The position numbers and the translations under genes are program-made. A model generated the notes under the pieces. The model had not been told where the DNA came from, searched no databases, and worked only from the letters and a program-made list of their open reading frames with translations. 64,000 nt of DNA, taken from positions 22,108-86,107 of the IMG/VR virus record IMGVR_UViG_3300036466_000273. One strand, 5' to 3'. Positions 7,609-16,252 of the stretch are shown here, one piece after another; positions within the stretch are counted from its first letter, which is position 1, and every line of letters starts with the position of its first letter. The DNA is from a virus.

Positions 7609-7710
7609 GCCCGACAAGCCTCTCCTTAGAATCTACTAGATGAAGTGAAGCTCAAATCGTGACCGAGCATAAACGGTATCGCCTGTAGGACGCTATAGGA
7701 ATCGGGTTTT
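7609..7710 (+). ncRNA. Candidate ~100-nt structured RNA inside the tRNA cluster
   Basis: Closing stem CCCGA/TCGGG; internal hairpins ACCG/CGGT and CCTGTAG-GACG-CTATAGG; no SD-led ORF. Confidence 0.5.
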
Positions 7711-7723
7711 TCTAGCAATTTAT

Positions 7724-7800
7724 ACTACCGTAGCCCAACTGGCAGAGGCGCTAGATTTAGGCTCTAGTTGTTAGGAGTTCGACTCTCCTCGGTAGTACCA
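7724..7800 (+). tRNA. tRNA-Leu(UAG), short variable loop
   Basis: CTAGA-TT-TAG-GC-TCTAG; ACCA. Confidence 0.92.
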
Positions 7801-7807
7801 AATCTAT

Positions 7808-7881
7808 AGGGGTATAGCTCAATGGTAGAGCATTAGACTTTGAATCTAAGTATGTAGGTTCGATTCCTACTACCCCCTCCA
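7808..7881 (+). tRNA. tRNA-Gln(UUG)
   Basis: TTAGA-CT-TTG-AA-TCTAA; A1-C72 mismatch; CCA. Confidence 0.9.
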
Positions 7882-7888
7882 AATTTGC

Positions 7889-7965
7889 CGGAGTGTAACT
7901 CAGCTGGAGAGAGTGACGGATTACGAATCCGTAAGTCGTAGGTTCGAATCCTACCACTTCGGCCA
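7889..7965 (+). tRNA. tRNA-Arg(ACG)
   Basis: ACGGA-TT-ACG-AA-TCCGT; GCCA. Confidence 0.92.
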
Positions 7966-7989
7966 TTAAATAAGTAGTACCAAATCTAT

Positions 7990-8065
7990 CGGAGTGTAGC
8001 TCAGTTGGGAGAGTAGCCGCCTTGGACGCGGGCAGTCGCAGGTTCGAGTCCTGCCACTCCGACCA
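7990..8065 (+). tRNA. tRNA-Pro(UGG)
   Basis: CCGC-CT-TGG-AC-GCGG; CGGAGTG/CACTCCG acceptor; ACCA. Confidence 0.92.
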
Positions 8066-8108
8066 TTAAATAAGAGCTCTCCATCGTTCAGTAAAGGCTT
8101 TTGCTTGT

Positions 8109-8387
8109 TTGAGGGAGAATGGTGTGAAAAAAGAAGAAGTACAAAAAAAGGTAATGGCGGTAGGAGATGCAGTAATTACTTATCGAAGTAAAAATTCTAA
8201 CAAGCTGAAATACAATGTATGCACGTTAGACTTCGATAATAGCTACATCAAAAGCAAAGTACGAAAAGCTGAAGAATCAGAAGATACTATTCTATTCTTT
8301 TGTTGGGATACTGACTCCTACCGGCTACTAAGACCTGAGTATATTACTAAGGTCGTGGCATTAACCTCTATCTTGAAAGGAGTATAA
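8109..8387 (+). CDS. Conserved T5-like hypothetical protein (start may be GTG 8124)
   Basis: GDAVITYRS.NS.KLKYNVCTLDFDN.YI...FCWDTDSYRLL; position upstream of ligase. Confidence 0.75.
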   Translation: MRENGVKKEEVQKKVMAVGDAVITYRSKNSNKLKYNVCTLDFDNSYIKSKVRKAEESEDTILFFCWDTDSYRLLRPEYITKVVALTSILKGV

Positions 8388-8692
8388 TGGATGGTACAAT
8401 AGAAGATAATGAAATCTTTTATCGTATTCTAAATGAAGATGAAAATGGGTTCAACCAGCTACGGTTAGTAGTTAATAGACTTAGAGGAATCGAATATTTA
8501 CATCTTAGAGAATACTATCTTGATTTCGATGGAGAATGGTGCCCAAGCCCTAGAGGACTAGCCACACCACTAGACTTAAATACAGTATCTGAACTACTGA
8601 TAGGGCTTGCAGAGATAATTTCACTAGCAGAATCTAGAGAAATTATCGAGGAGTACTTTGGAGATATTATTAATAATATCTACGAACAGTGA
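8387..8692 (+). CDS. PC4/p15-like ssDNA-binding (transcriptional coactivator-type) protein
   Basis: QLRLVVN..RG.EYLHLREYYLDFDGEW.PS..G. Confidence 0.75.
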   Translation: MDGTIEDNEIFYRILNEDENGFNQLRLVVNRLRGIEYLHLREYYLDFDGEWCPSPRGLATPLDLNTVSELLIGLAEIISLAESREIIEEYFGDIINNIYEQ

Positions 8693-8701
8693 GGAGAGGG
8701 A

Positions 8702-9637
8702 ATGAAGGAATTTCTTGACAAAGCATCTACGGCTTACTATGAAGGGAGCCCTATTATATCAGATGAAGAATTTGATAGGCTTTCTAGAGCATGTAACTAC
8801 CGAAGTGTAGGCTATTCAGTAGAAGGTGGTGTGGAACTCCCATACCGCCTCTACTCCCTTGAAACAATTTTTGAGGGAGAGTCTTATCCGATTGATATTA
8901 GTAGTAAATCTACGATAAAATCACCTAAATTGGATGGATTAGCAATAGCTCTAATATATGTACATGGTAATCTACTATCAATAATCACTAGAGGTGATTG
9001 TAAAGTTGGTAAAGATGTTAGCAGGCATATTCCTTCATTCCCTGTACCCAAAAGTATTAAAACTACGGAAGAGGTAGTACAGATTAATGGAGAGTTAGTC
9101 GCTCCCAAAGATATCCCCAGAGCACGTAATTATGCTTCTGGAGCAGTAGGGCTAAAAGATACTAAGGAATTTGCCACTAGAGACTTAACTTTTGTAGCTT
9201 ATGGAATAATTCCATACCCAACTGATAACTTTTCTACCGATATGGAACTACTCAGAAGCCGAGGCTTCAAAACAGTTCTAGATGCGGAAGGTTTGAATAA
9301 ATTTCCTACTGATGGGATTGTTTATCGCCTTAATAGTAATAAAAAGTATCTTGATGCTGGATTTACGGCGAGAGAGCCAAAAGGAGCTTTTGCTCTAAAA
9401 ACTCTTAAAACTGGAATAACTACTACCTTAAAAGATGTTGTATGGCAGGTAGGGAAATCAGGTATAGTAAGTCCAGTAGCAATTCTAGAGCCTATTGAAA
9501 TTGACGGAGCAACAATTTCTAGAGCTACACTTCATAATATAAAATATATAGATGCTCTAGGCTTAGAAATTGGTTGTGATGTAGAAGTAATACGTTCAGG
9601 AGACATTATTCCACGTATTGTACGAAGGGTTGATTAA
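8702..9637 (+). CDS. ligA: NAD+-dependent DNA ligase subunit A (adenylation + OB domains)
   Basis: SPKLDG, DGIV, WQVGKSG, RATLHN, RSGDIIP. Confidence 0.95.
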   Translation: MKEFLDKASTAYYEGSPIISDEEFDRLSRACNYRSVGYSVEGGVELPYRLYSLETIFEGESYPIDISSKSTIKSPKLDGLAIALIYVHGNLLSIITRGDCKVGKDVSRHIPSFPVPKSIKTTEEVVQINGELVAPKDIPRARNYASGAVGLKDTKEFATRDLTFVAYGIIPYPTDNFSTDMELLRSRGFKTVLDAEGLNKFPTDGIVYRLNSNKKYLDAGFTAREPKGAFALKTLKTGITTTLKDVVWQVGKSGIVSPVAILEPIEIDGATISRATLHNIKYIDALGLEIGCDVEVIRSGDIIPRIVRRVD

Positions 9638-9656
9638 ACCTATCAAAAAATTATAC

Positions 9657-9685
9657 TTGACTTTTTCCTCGAATATTAGTATAAT
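9657..9685 (+). promoter_or_regulatory. sigma70 promoter between the ligase subunit genes
   Basis: TTGACT-17-TATAAT. Confidence 0.8.
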
Positions 9686-9709
9686 ATAAAAATAATGAAA
9701 GTTGAGGCT

Positions 9710-10468
9710 ATGAAGGAAATTATTCCACCTACAAATTGCCCCGAGTGTAATAGCAACCTACTATGGGTTAATGACCAGTTATATTGTAAAAATTCAAGTT
9801 GTCCGGCTATAACACTGAAAGCCTTGCAACATTTTACTAAAACTGCGAAAATAAAGGGATTAGGAGAAGCTTCACTCCTAAAACTGGAAATTAATAGCAT
9901 AGTAGAGCTTTACCAACTTTCAAAGGAAGACTTTATTGATGCTTTAGGTGAGAAAAACGGTACTAAGTGTTACAATGAGTTGGAGAAATCGAAAAAACTC
10001 CCCCTCAACATGCTTTTACCTGCTTTCAACATCCCTTTAATTGGCAATACTGCTTCTAGTAAAATCTGTTCTAAAGTTTCACATATTGATGAAATAACAG
10101 AAAGCTCTCTTAAAGACGCAGGAATCGGACCGAAAGCATCAGCAAATTTGTTAAACTGGCTTAATAAAGTATATAAGCCAATGTATGAGAATATTCTACC
10201 GTTTGATTTTAAATCATCCAATGTCGTAGAGACTAACACTGAGGACTCCAAAGGTACAGTTTGCATAACAGGGAAGCTTAAGACTTTCAAAACCAAAGCG
10301 GAAGCAGAGCAAGCTTTACACAATAAAGGATACTCCACAGTTCCTAGGATGACAAAAGCAGTAGATATTCTAGTCAATGAGAGCGGAATAGAATCCGCAA
10401 AAACCGAGAAAGCCAGAGAATCTGGCGTAACTATTGTTACAAACCTTAACCAACTTTTAGGAGACTGA
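9710..10468 (+). CDS. ligB: NAD+-dependent DNA ligase subunit B (Zn finger, HhH, BRCT)
   Basis: PTNCPEC...C.N..C, IKGLG, CITGKL; split ligase as in T5. Confidence 0.93.
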   Translation: MKEIIPPTNCPECNSNLLWVNDQLYCKNSSCPAITLKALQHFTKTAKIKGLGEASLLKLEINSIVELYQLSKEDFIDALGEKNGTKCYNELEKSKKLPLNMLLPAFNIPLIGNTASSKICSKVSHIDEITESSLKDAGIGPKASANLLNWLNKVYKPMYENILPFDFKSSNVVETNTEDSKGTVCITGKLKTFKTKAEAEQALHNKGYSTVPRMTKAVDILVNESGIESAKTEKARESGVTIVTNLNQLLGD

Positions 10469-10473
10469 TTAAA

Positions 10474-11208
10474 ATGGCAAAAACTACACAAAAATGGACT
10501 GAAGAGCGTACTGCACAACTTACTAACATCTTTCCGGAAGGAACATATGTTACTCAAGAAGATGTAGCAAAAGCTGCTGACGCTCTCGAGACCTCTGCTC
10601 GTTCTGTATCTAGTAAACTTCGTAAGCTGGGCTATGATGTTCAGCTGGCATCTGAAGTAGCTAAGAGCAAAGCATTTTCAGAGGAAGATGAAGCTAAGCT
10701 GAAAGAGCTGCTTACTAATAACCAAGGTACCTTTACCTACGGTGAACTTGCAGAGCAGCTTGGTGGGGATTTCACCGCTAAAAAAGTGCAGGGCAAAGTT
10801 CTTAGTATGGAACTTACCGACTTTGTACGCCCTACCCCGAAGGTAGAAGCTGCTAAAAAGTACACTGATGAAGAGCAGGCTACTTTTGTACAGATGGTAC
10901 AGGACGGTGCTTTCATTGAAGAAATCGCTGAGAAGCTTGGTCGTGCTACTAACTCCATTCGTGGTAAGGCTCTCAGCCTTCTTCGTTCTGGTGAAATTGA
11001 TGCTATTCCTAAGCAGAAGGAGTCAAAAGCAGTTGAGTCTGTTGATGCTCTTGCAGACCTTGGAGACAAAGTAGCTGAGATGACTGTAGCAGAGATTGCA
11101 GAAGCTATTGGGAAGACTGAGCGTGGTGTAAAAACAATGCTTACTCGTCGTGGTATTTCTGCCTCTGACTATGACGGTGCTGCCAAAGCTGAGAAAAAAA
11201 GCAGATAA
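10474..11208 (+). CDS. D5: T5 D5-like DNA-binding transcription regulator
   Basis: Repeated HTH units RSVSSKLRKLG, NSIRGKALSL, KTERGVKTMLTRRG. Confidence 0.9.
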   Translation: MAKTTQKWTEERTAQLTNIFPEGTYVTQEDVAKAADALETSARSVSSKLRKLGYDVQLASEVAKSKAFSEEDEAKLKELLTNNQGTFTYGELAEQLGGDFTAKKVQGKVLSMELTDFVRPTPKVEAAKKYTDEEQATFVQMVQDGAFIEEIAEKLGRATNSIRGKALSLLRSGEIDAIPKQKESKAVESVDALADLGDKVAEMTVAEIAEAIGKTERGVKTMLTRRGISASDYDGAAKAEKKSR

Positions 11209-11221
11209 GTAATTGTATTAT

Positions 11222-11246
11222 AGGGAGGGGTACTTTACCCCTCCCT
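11222..11246 (+). terminator. Hairpin/terminator after D5
   Basis: AGGGAGGGGTA-CTT-TACCCCTCCCT. Confidence 0.6.
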
Positions 11247-11268
11247 GCCTTAAATCGGGGAGCCTCTT

Positions 11269-12633
11269 TTGAATATAACACAAGTATTTCTTAAAAAAGT
11301 TATATCAGAGGTGGATTCTGACACTTGGGCACAGGTAAGGCCTCACTATCTGCCTGCTGAATATCACAGTGTTTATAAAATTATAAATAAATACTTTGAA
11401 GACCACAGTAGGCTTCCTTCCTTTGATGCACTAAAGCTCTCCGTCAGAAGCGATGTTGTATTAAATAAAATATATGCTATATCTTTAGCAGAGGATGTTG
11501 ACCTTCCAAACTCTGAATTGTTAGAGTATGTTAAGAATCAATATGCTCAAGAGGAGATACTGGACCAAATATCTAAATATCTTGAAGAGTCTATAATGAT
11601 AGATTCTGCTAAAGATAATATAACACACCTTTCAAATATAATTGCTCATGTCGAAGATAGGGTTGATATGAAAGACCCGGAGGAGGACATGAACAGAATA
11701 GAGTTATTTGATTCCGAGGAAGACCTTAGTAAAGCATTCTCGCTTGGGTTGAACTCTGACTTTGACTCTAAATTTAAGTTCGGCTGTACCGATTATATAC
11801 TTATTGGTGGTGTTAGAGGTACGGGTAAGTCCCTTACTTGCTCTAATATAGCTGTCCATGCGTATGAACAGTTGCAGCGTTCTTCAATATATTTCACAAT
11901 AGAGATGACACCTAGGGCTGTACTACAGCGCAACTGTGCTATAGCTACAGGTATTCCAGCCTCTAAAATGCGAAGCAAAACTTTATCAGTAGAAGAATGG
12001 CGTATTGTTGCTAAATGGTGGTCTGGTCGCTTTACTGATGGAGAAAAGGCTTATGAAAAATACCTACAACATCGTAGTTTTGACGAACTACACGGAGACT
12101 TAGCTAGGCTCCCTCTTTTAGAAGAAAAACAACTTGATATCGTTTACGATCCGTCTATGACGCTAGCAACGATAAGGAGCGAACTTGATAAAAAGGTAGA
12201 GCGATTAAAACCTGCCGTTATCTTAGTGGACTATGTCAACCAAGTGAGTAGATTTGGTCATAGGAAAATGGGACAATATGATTGGACAGAACAGATTGAG
12301 GTTTCAAAAGCTTTAAAAGCTATAGCCCAAGAATACCAGATTCCTGTAGTATCACCTTACCAAATCGATGCAACAGGGGAAGCTAGATTCGCGAAAGGGT
12401 TACTAGACTCAGCGGATGCGGCTTTCACACTAGACGCACACAAGAAAGAAGACGAATGCATAACTTTCAAGTGTGCTAAGATGAGAGATAACGAAGAGGT
12501 TGATTTTACTTCTAAAATGAATTGGTCTACATTGAAGATGGGGCCTGAACCAGCACAACTACCGGAAAAAGAAACAAAAGAGAAATCTTCAAAATCTAAT
12601 AATTCCACTGGGGAGGATGTCTACGATTTATAA
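11269..12633 (+). CDS. D6: DnaB-like replicative helicase (T5 D6)
   Basis: Walker A GGVRGTGKS, YFTIEM, VDYVNQ, ARFAKG.LD.AD. Confidence 0.92.
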   Translation: MNITQVFLKKVISEVDSDTWAQVRPHYLPAEYHSVYKIINKYFEDHSRLPSFDALKLSVRSDVVLNKIYAISLAEDVDLPNSELLEYVKNQYAQEEILDQISKYLEESIMIDSAKDNITHLSNIIAHVEDRVDMKDPEEDMNRIELFDSEEDLSKAFSLGLNSDFDSKFKFGCTDYILIGGVRGTGKSLTCSNIAVHAYEQLQRSSIYFTIEMTPRAVLQRNCAIATGIPASKMRSKTLSVEEWRIVAKWWSGRFTDGEKAYEKYLQHRSFDELHGDLARLPLLEEKQLDIVYDPSMTLATIRSELDKKVERLKPAVILVDYVNQVSRFGHRKMGQYDWTEQIEVSKALKAIAQEYQIPVVSPYQIDATGEARFAKGLLDSADAAFTLDAHKKEDECITFKCAKMRDNEEVDFTSKMNWSTLKMGPEPAQLPEKETKEKSSKSNNSTGEDVYDL

Positions 12634-12676
12634 AGGCTCGAATATCTTATAATAAAGGTTTCGAGCCTTTATTTTT
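12632..12676 (+). terminator. Rho-independent terminator
   Basis: AAAGGCTCGAA...TTCGAGCCTTT followed by a T-run. Confidence 0.6.
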
Positions 12677-12689
12677 TGCAGGAGAAGTT

Positions 12690-13526
12690 ATGAATGTAAA
12701 AGAGCTACTAGATAAAAAGAAAATATATCATAAAACCTCTGGTAGAGATTTTGTCATTAATTGTCTCAACCCAGAGCATGACGACTCCAATCCTAGTATG
12801 CGAGTTGACCAAGTTCTAGGAATATTCCACTGTCTCTCATGCGGGTACAAAGGTAATATCTTTCATTATTTTGGGGAAAAATTCAATAAGATTGACACCG
12901 CCAGAGAGACACTACATCGCAAAATTGAAGATATCCGCGCCGAGTCAGTAGGATTGAGATTTCCCGAAGATTACGCATTACTAGAAACGGATTATCGTGT
13001 GTCAGTAGAAACTCTACGAGAATTCGAAGCCTTTAGATCTTCTAGTAAAGACTACTCTAACCGTATAATCTTTCCGATACGGGATTTGAAAGATAAGATA
13101 GTGTGTTTCATAGGGCGTTCAGAAGACCCCTATGAAAAGAAACAAAAGTACAAAATCTATCCTAATAGAGCTAAAGTTCCTCTTTTCCCGCTCAGCAAAG
13201 CTGTGCCCTTGCAGGGCAAATTCTTGCTAGTCGAGGGACTATTTGACATGCTTAACTTATGGGACAATGGGTATAGAAATGTTGTCTGTTCCTTTGGCAC
13301 AAGTACTGTTTCTAAGGAAAAAATAGAATTACTAAAAATGATGGGTGCAACAGGAATTGACATTTGTTTCGACCCAGACGATGCAGGACAGGCAGCTGCA
13401 GAAAAAGTAAAAGAGCTAATTGAAGAACAAGAAATGGACGTACGAAATATTAATCTAAGGGATACCGACCCGGGAGATTTAACACCAAATCGGGCATCCA
13501 GACTAAAGGAAAAATTGTATGGCTAA
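12690..13526 (+). CDS. DNA primase (CHC2 Zn finger + TOPRIM)
   Basis: CLNPEHDD..PSM, FHCLSCG, VEGLFD, FDPDDAG. Confidence 0.95.
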   Translation: MNVKELLDKKKIYHKTSGRDFVINCLNPEHDDSNPSMRVDQVLGIFHCLSCGYKGNIFHYFGEKFNKIDTARETLHRKIEDIRAESVGLRFPEDYALLETDYRVSVETLREFEAFRSSSKDYSNRIIFPIRDLKDKIVCFIGRSEDPYEKKQKYKIYPNRAKVPLFPLSKAVPLQGKFLLVEGLFDMLNLWDNGYRNVVCSFGTSTVSKEKIELLKMMGATGIDICFDPDDAGQAAAEKVKELIEEQEMDVRNINLRDTDPGDLTPNRASRLKEKLYG

Positions 13527-15786
13527 AGTAGCAATAGTTGAAGTTAAACCTAGTAAGAATGACTATAAAGAACTTTTCAATAATGAGTTTGAATTCGATC
13601 TTTATAGGCTTACTTCTAATCCAGACTTGAAAAAAGTATTACGTAAAGATGTTGATATTGATATCAACACAGATGAGTACGAATTTGTAATTTTAGTTGG
13701 GTCTGAGTCTCTAAAGTATTTTACAAAGTACACAGCAATTACTTCTTATTCAGGAAGATTAGTAGATGATAAATTTCTTCCAGTTTTGAACCCAGCAATG
13801 ATTAGGTTTAAGCCAGAAGCTAAAAAACCTTGGATTGAAGCTAGAAACAAGATTATTAAGTATGTGAAAGGTGAAGCTTCCGAGGCTGAAATTGATAGAA
13901 GCCAATTCATCGGTATAGAAGATGAAGAGGAAGCATTGAAATACGTAAAAAATGCTATAAACTATGACGATGATGTTATAGGGCTTGACTCTGAAACATC
14001 TGCGTTGTACCCTCGAAATGGGGAAATTCTTGGCATATCTCTGACGTATAAGCCCGACTCTGGGGCTTACATCTCAGCGGATTGCATATCCCCTGAGGTA
14101 GAAGAAGCTCTACAAATGCTCTTTGATAAAAAGGCTGTAGTCTTTCATAACGCTAAATTCGACCTCGCTTTTTTTGAATATCATTTTGGCTTTAAGTTTC
14201 CTAACTTTCAAGATACAATGTTGATGCATTATACTCTTGATGAAACTCAAGGTAGTCATGGTCTAAAAGAATTAGCGATGAAGTTCACTAAGTACGGAGA
14301 CTATGAGCAGGAGTTAGTAGAGTGGCGAGAAAATTATTGTAGAAAGAATAGAATTAGAAAAGGGGATTTTACTTATGATTTGATTCCTTTTGATGTAATG
14401 TATTTCTATGCTGCCGTTGATGCTTGTGTTACGTATATGTTGTATAAGAAGTTCAAATCCTATTTGGACAGGAATGAGCGTCTTACTAATGTATACAGAA
14501 ACATTCTACTGCCAGGCTGTAGGTTCTTAACAGATATTCAAGATAATGGGGTTCCTTTCGATAAAGATAGGTTGCTATTCTCTCAAAAAATGATGGAAGA
14601 GCAGATTGCTGCAGCAGTAGAAGGTCTATCTAAATTTCCAGAAATCGCTAAAATGGAAGAAGATACTGGAAAACAGTTTAACCCTAATAGCACTGTTCAG
14701 CTCAGGAAACTATTGTTTGATTATGTAGGTCTTAAGCCCACAGGTAAACTAACTGGTAAGGGAGCACATTCTACAGATTCTGAAGTACTTGAACAGCTTT
14801 CAGAAAAACATGAGATTCCGAAGTATATTCTAGAACTAAGGAAAAGTTTGAAGATTAAATCCACTTATATTGATAAAATTATACCTCAGCTTGATAGAGA
14901 TAGTAGATTAAGAACTAATTTTAATCTTCATATGACTACCAGTGGGAGGCTGTCTTCTTCAGGTAAGCTTAATATGCAGCAACTTCCTCGCGATAACCCT
15001 ACTGTCAAGGGTTGTATAAAAGCAAGACCAGGGTATAAAATTGTTGCAATGGACTTAACCACAGCAGAGATGTATTATGCAGCAGTTCTTTCCGATGACC
15101 TTGCACTGCAAGATGTATTTAAAAGTGGAGGAGACTTTCACTCCGCGATTGCTAAGAAAGTGTTCAATCTTAAATGTCCGGTAGAAGAGGTTGCCGAATC
15201 ACACTCCGAGCTTCGTCAAGCCTGTAAGGCTATTTCCTTCGGAATCCTTTACGGGGCTTCTCCACAAAAGATAGCCGATACAGCAGGTTTATCAGTAAGT
15301 AAAGCCAAACAAGTTATTGATGATTATTTTGGAACTTTTTGGAAATTGAAAGAATGGATTGATGAGACTAGAGATTTTATCCAAACAAATGCCTACGTCT
15401 ATTCTCCCTTTGGTCGAAAACGTAGACTCCCAAATGTTAAATCCTCAGATAGAGGGATTGTCGGTCATGAACTTAGATCGGGCTTAAATTTTATAATTCA
15501 GTCGGTTAGTTCAGATATTAACCTACTAGCTGGTATTGATACACATAATGAGATAAAAGAGAAAAATATGGGAGCTAAAATCTTTGCTTTGGTACATGAC
15601 TCTATACTAGCAGAAGTCCCAGAAGAAGAAGTAGATGAATATTGTACAATGCTTGAATATCATACCCAAAAGGACAGAGGGGTAGGTATCCCAGGCACTC
15701 CAGTAGGATGTGACTTCGATATTGCGGACGACTACTCGCTAGGCAAGTTTGAGAAATTTTATGCAGATAGACTACAGGCAGCTTAA
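13519..15786 (+). CDS. polA: Family A DNA polymerase with 3'-5' exonuclease
   Basis: LDSET, FHNAKFD, TTSGRLSSS, DLTTAE, RQACKAISFGILYG, LVHDS. Confidence 0.97.
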   Translation: MAKVAIVEVKPSKNDYKELFNNEFEFDLYRLTSNPDLKKVLRKDVDIDINTDEYEFVILVGSESLKYFTKYTAITSYSGRLVDDKFLPVLNPAMIRFKPEAKKPWIEARNKIIKYVKGEASEAEIDRSQFIGIEDEEEALKYVKNAINYDDDVIGLDSETSALYPRNGEILGISLTYKPDSGAYISADCISPEVEEALQMLFDKKAVVFHNAKFDLAFFEYHFGFKFPNFQDTMLMHYTLDETQGSHGLKELAMKFTKYGDYEQELVEWRENYCRKNRIRKGDFTYDLIPFDVMYFYAAVDACVTYMLYKKFKSYLDRNERLTNVYRNILLPGCRFLTDIQDNGVPFDKDRLLFSQKMMEEQIAAAVEGLSKFPEIAKMEEDTGKQFNPNSTVQLRKLLFDYVGLKPTGKLTGKGAHSTDSEVLEQLSEKHEIPKYILELRKSLKIKSTYIDKIIPQLDRDSRLRTNFNLHMTTSGRLSSSGKLNMQQLPRDNPTVKGCIKARPGYKIVAMDLTTAEMYYAAVLSDDLALQDVFKSGGDFHSAIAKKVFNLKCPVEEVAESHSELRQACKAISFGILYGASPQKIADTAGLSVSKAKQVIDDYFGTFWKLKEWIDETRDFIQTNAYVYSPFGRKRRLPNVKSSDRGIVGHELRSGLNFIIQSVSSDINLLAGIDTHNEIKEKNMGAKIFALVHDSILAEVPEEEVDEYCTMLEYHTQKDRGVGIPGTPVGCDFDIADDYSLGKFEKFYADRLQAA

Positions 15787-16252
15787 AACTATAAAATTTC
15801 CGATATATCCTCTCCCATCAGATAATATAGAAGAGATGGATGGATTAGTATTTGAGGGCGGTTTCGTTGTAGATGATAAAAACCAAGAGGGGAAAACTTT
15901 AGGGATTCGCAGACTACAAAGTCCATATGAACTTCTTCCGCTTAGACGCTGTTATTACGAGGTTGCAGGGTTGATGCGTTCAAAAAATAGAGTATTTATA
16001 GATTCAGAAGGAAAAGTTTTTAAGTACCAAAAAACTAAAATGATGTCTGTAAAACCTCATAAAATATTAAAAGTAATTCCTAAAGATACATATTCAGTAG
16101 TAAAACTATCAAATATCTCCAATGGATTTATCATTCCGAGACCGCCCTCTCCTGGGTTAGAGTGGGCGTCAGTATTATACCTAAACAGATTTCCTTGGCT
16201 AATTTATGAATTTACTGAGGAGCAGGAACCTATAAAGAAAAGGAAGATTTAA
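15749..16252 (+). CDS. Conserved T5-like hypothetical protein downstream of the polymerase
   Basis: VDDKN..G.TLGIRRLQ...FIDS.G motif; synteny. Confidence 0.75.
   Translation: MRNFMQIDYRQLKTIKFPIYPLPSDNIEEMDGLVFEGGFVVDDKNQEGKTLGIRRLQSPYELLPLRRCYYEVAGLMRSKNRVFIDSEGKVFKYQKTKMMSVKPHKILKVIPKDTYSVVKLSNISNGFIIPRPPSPGLEWASVLYLNRFPWLIYEFTEEQEPIKKRKI

Noticed and set aside
7757-7966. 69-aa minus-strand ORF
   Set aside because: Antisense shadow of tRNA genes
8702-10468. Split ligase as a novelty or pseudogene
   Set aside because: A two-gene NAD+ ligase is the normal T5-like arrangement
9970-10557. 195-aa minus-strand ORF
   Set aside because: Antisense to ligB/D5
13519-15786. Intein or intron in the polymerase (also considered for helicase, reductase and terminase)
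   Set aside because: Lengths are ordinary, with no splice-junction or LAGLIDADG motifs
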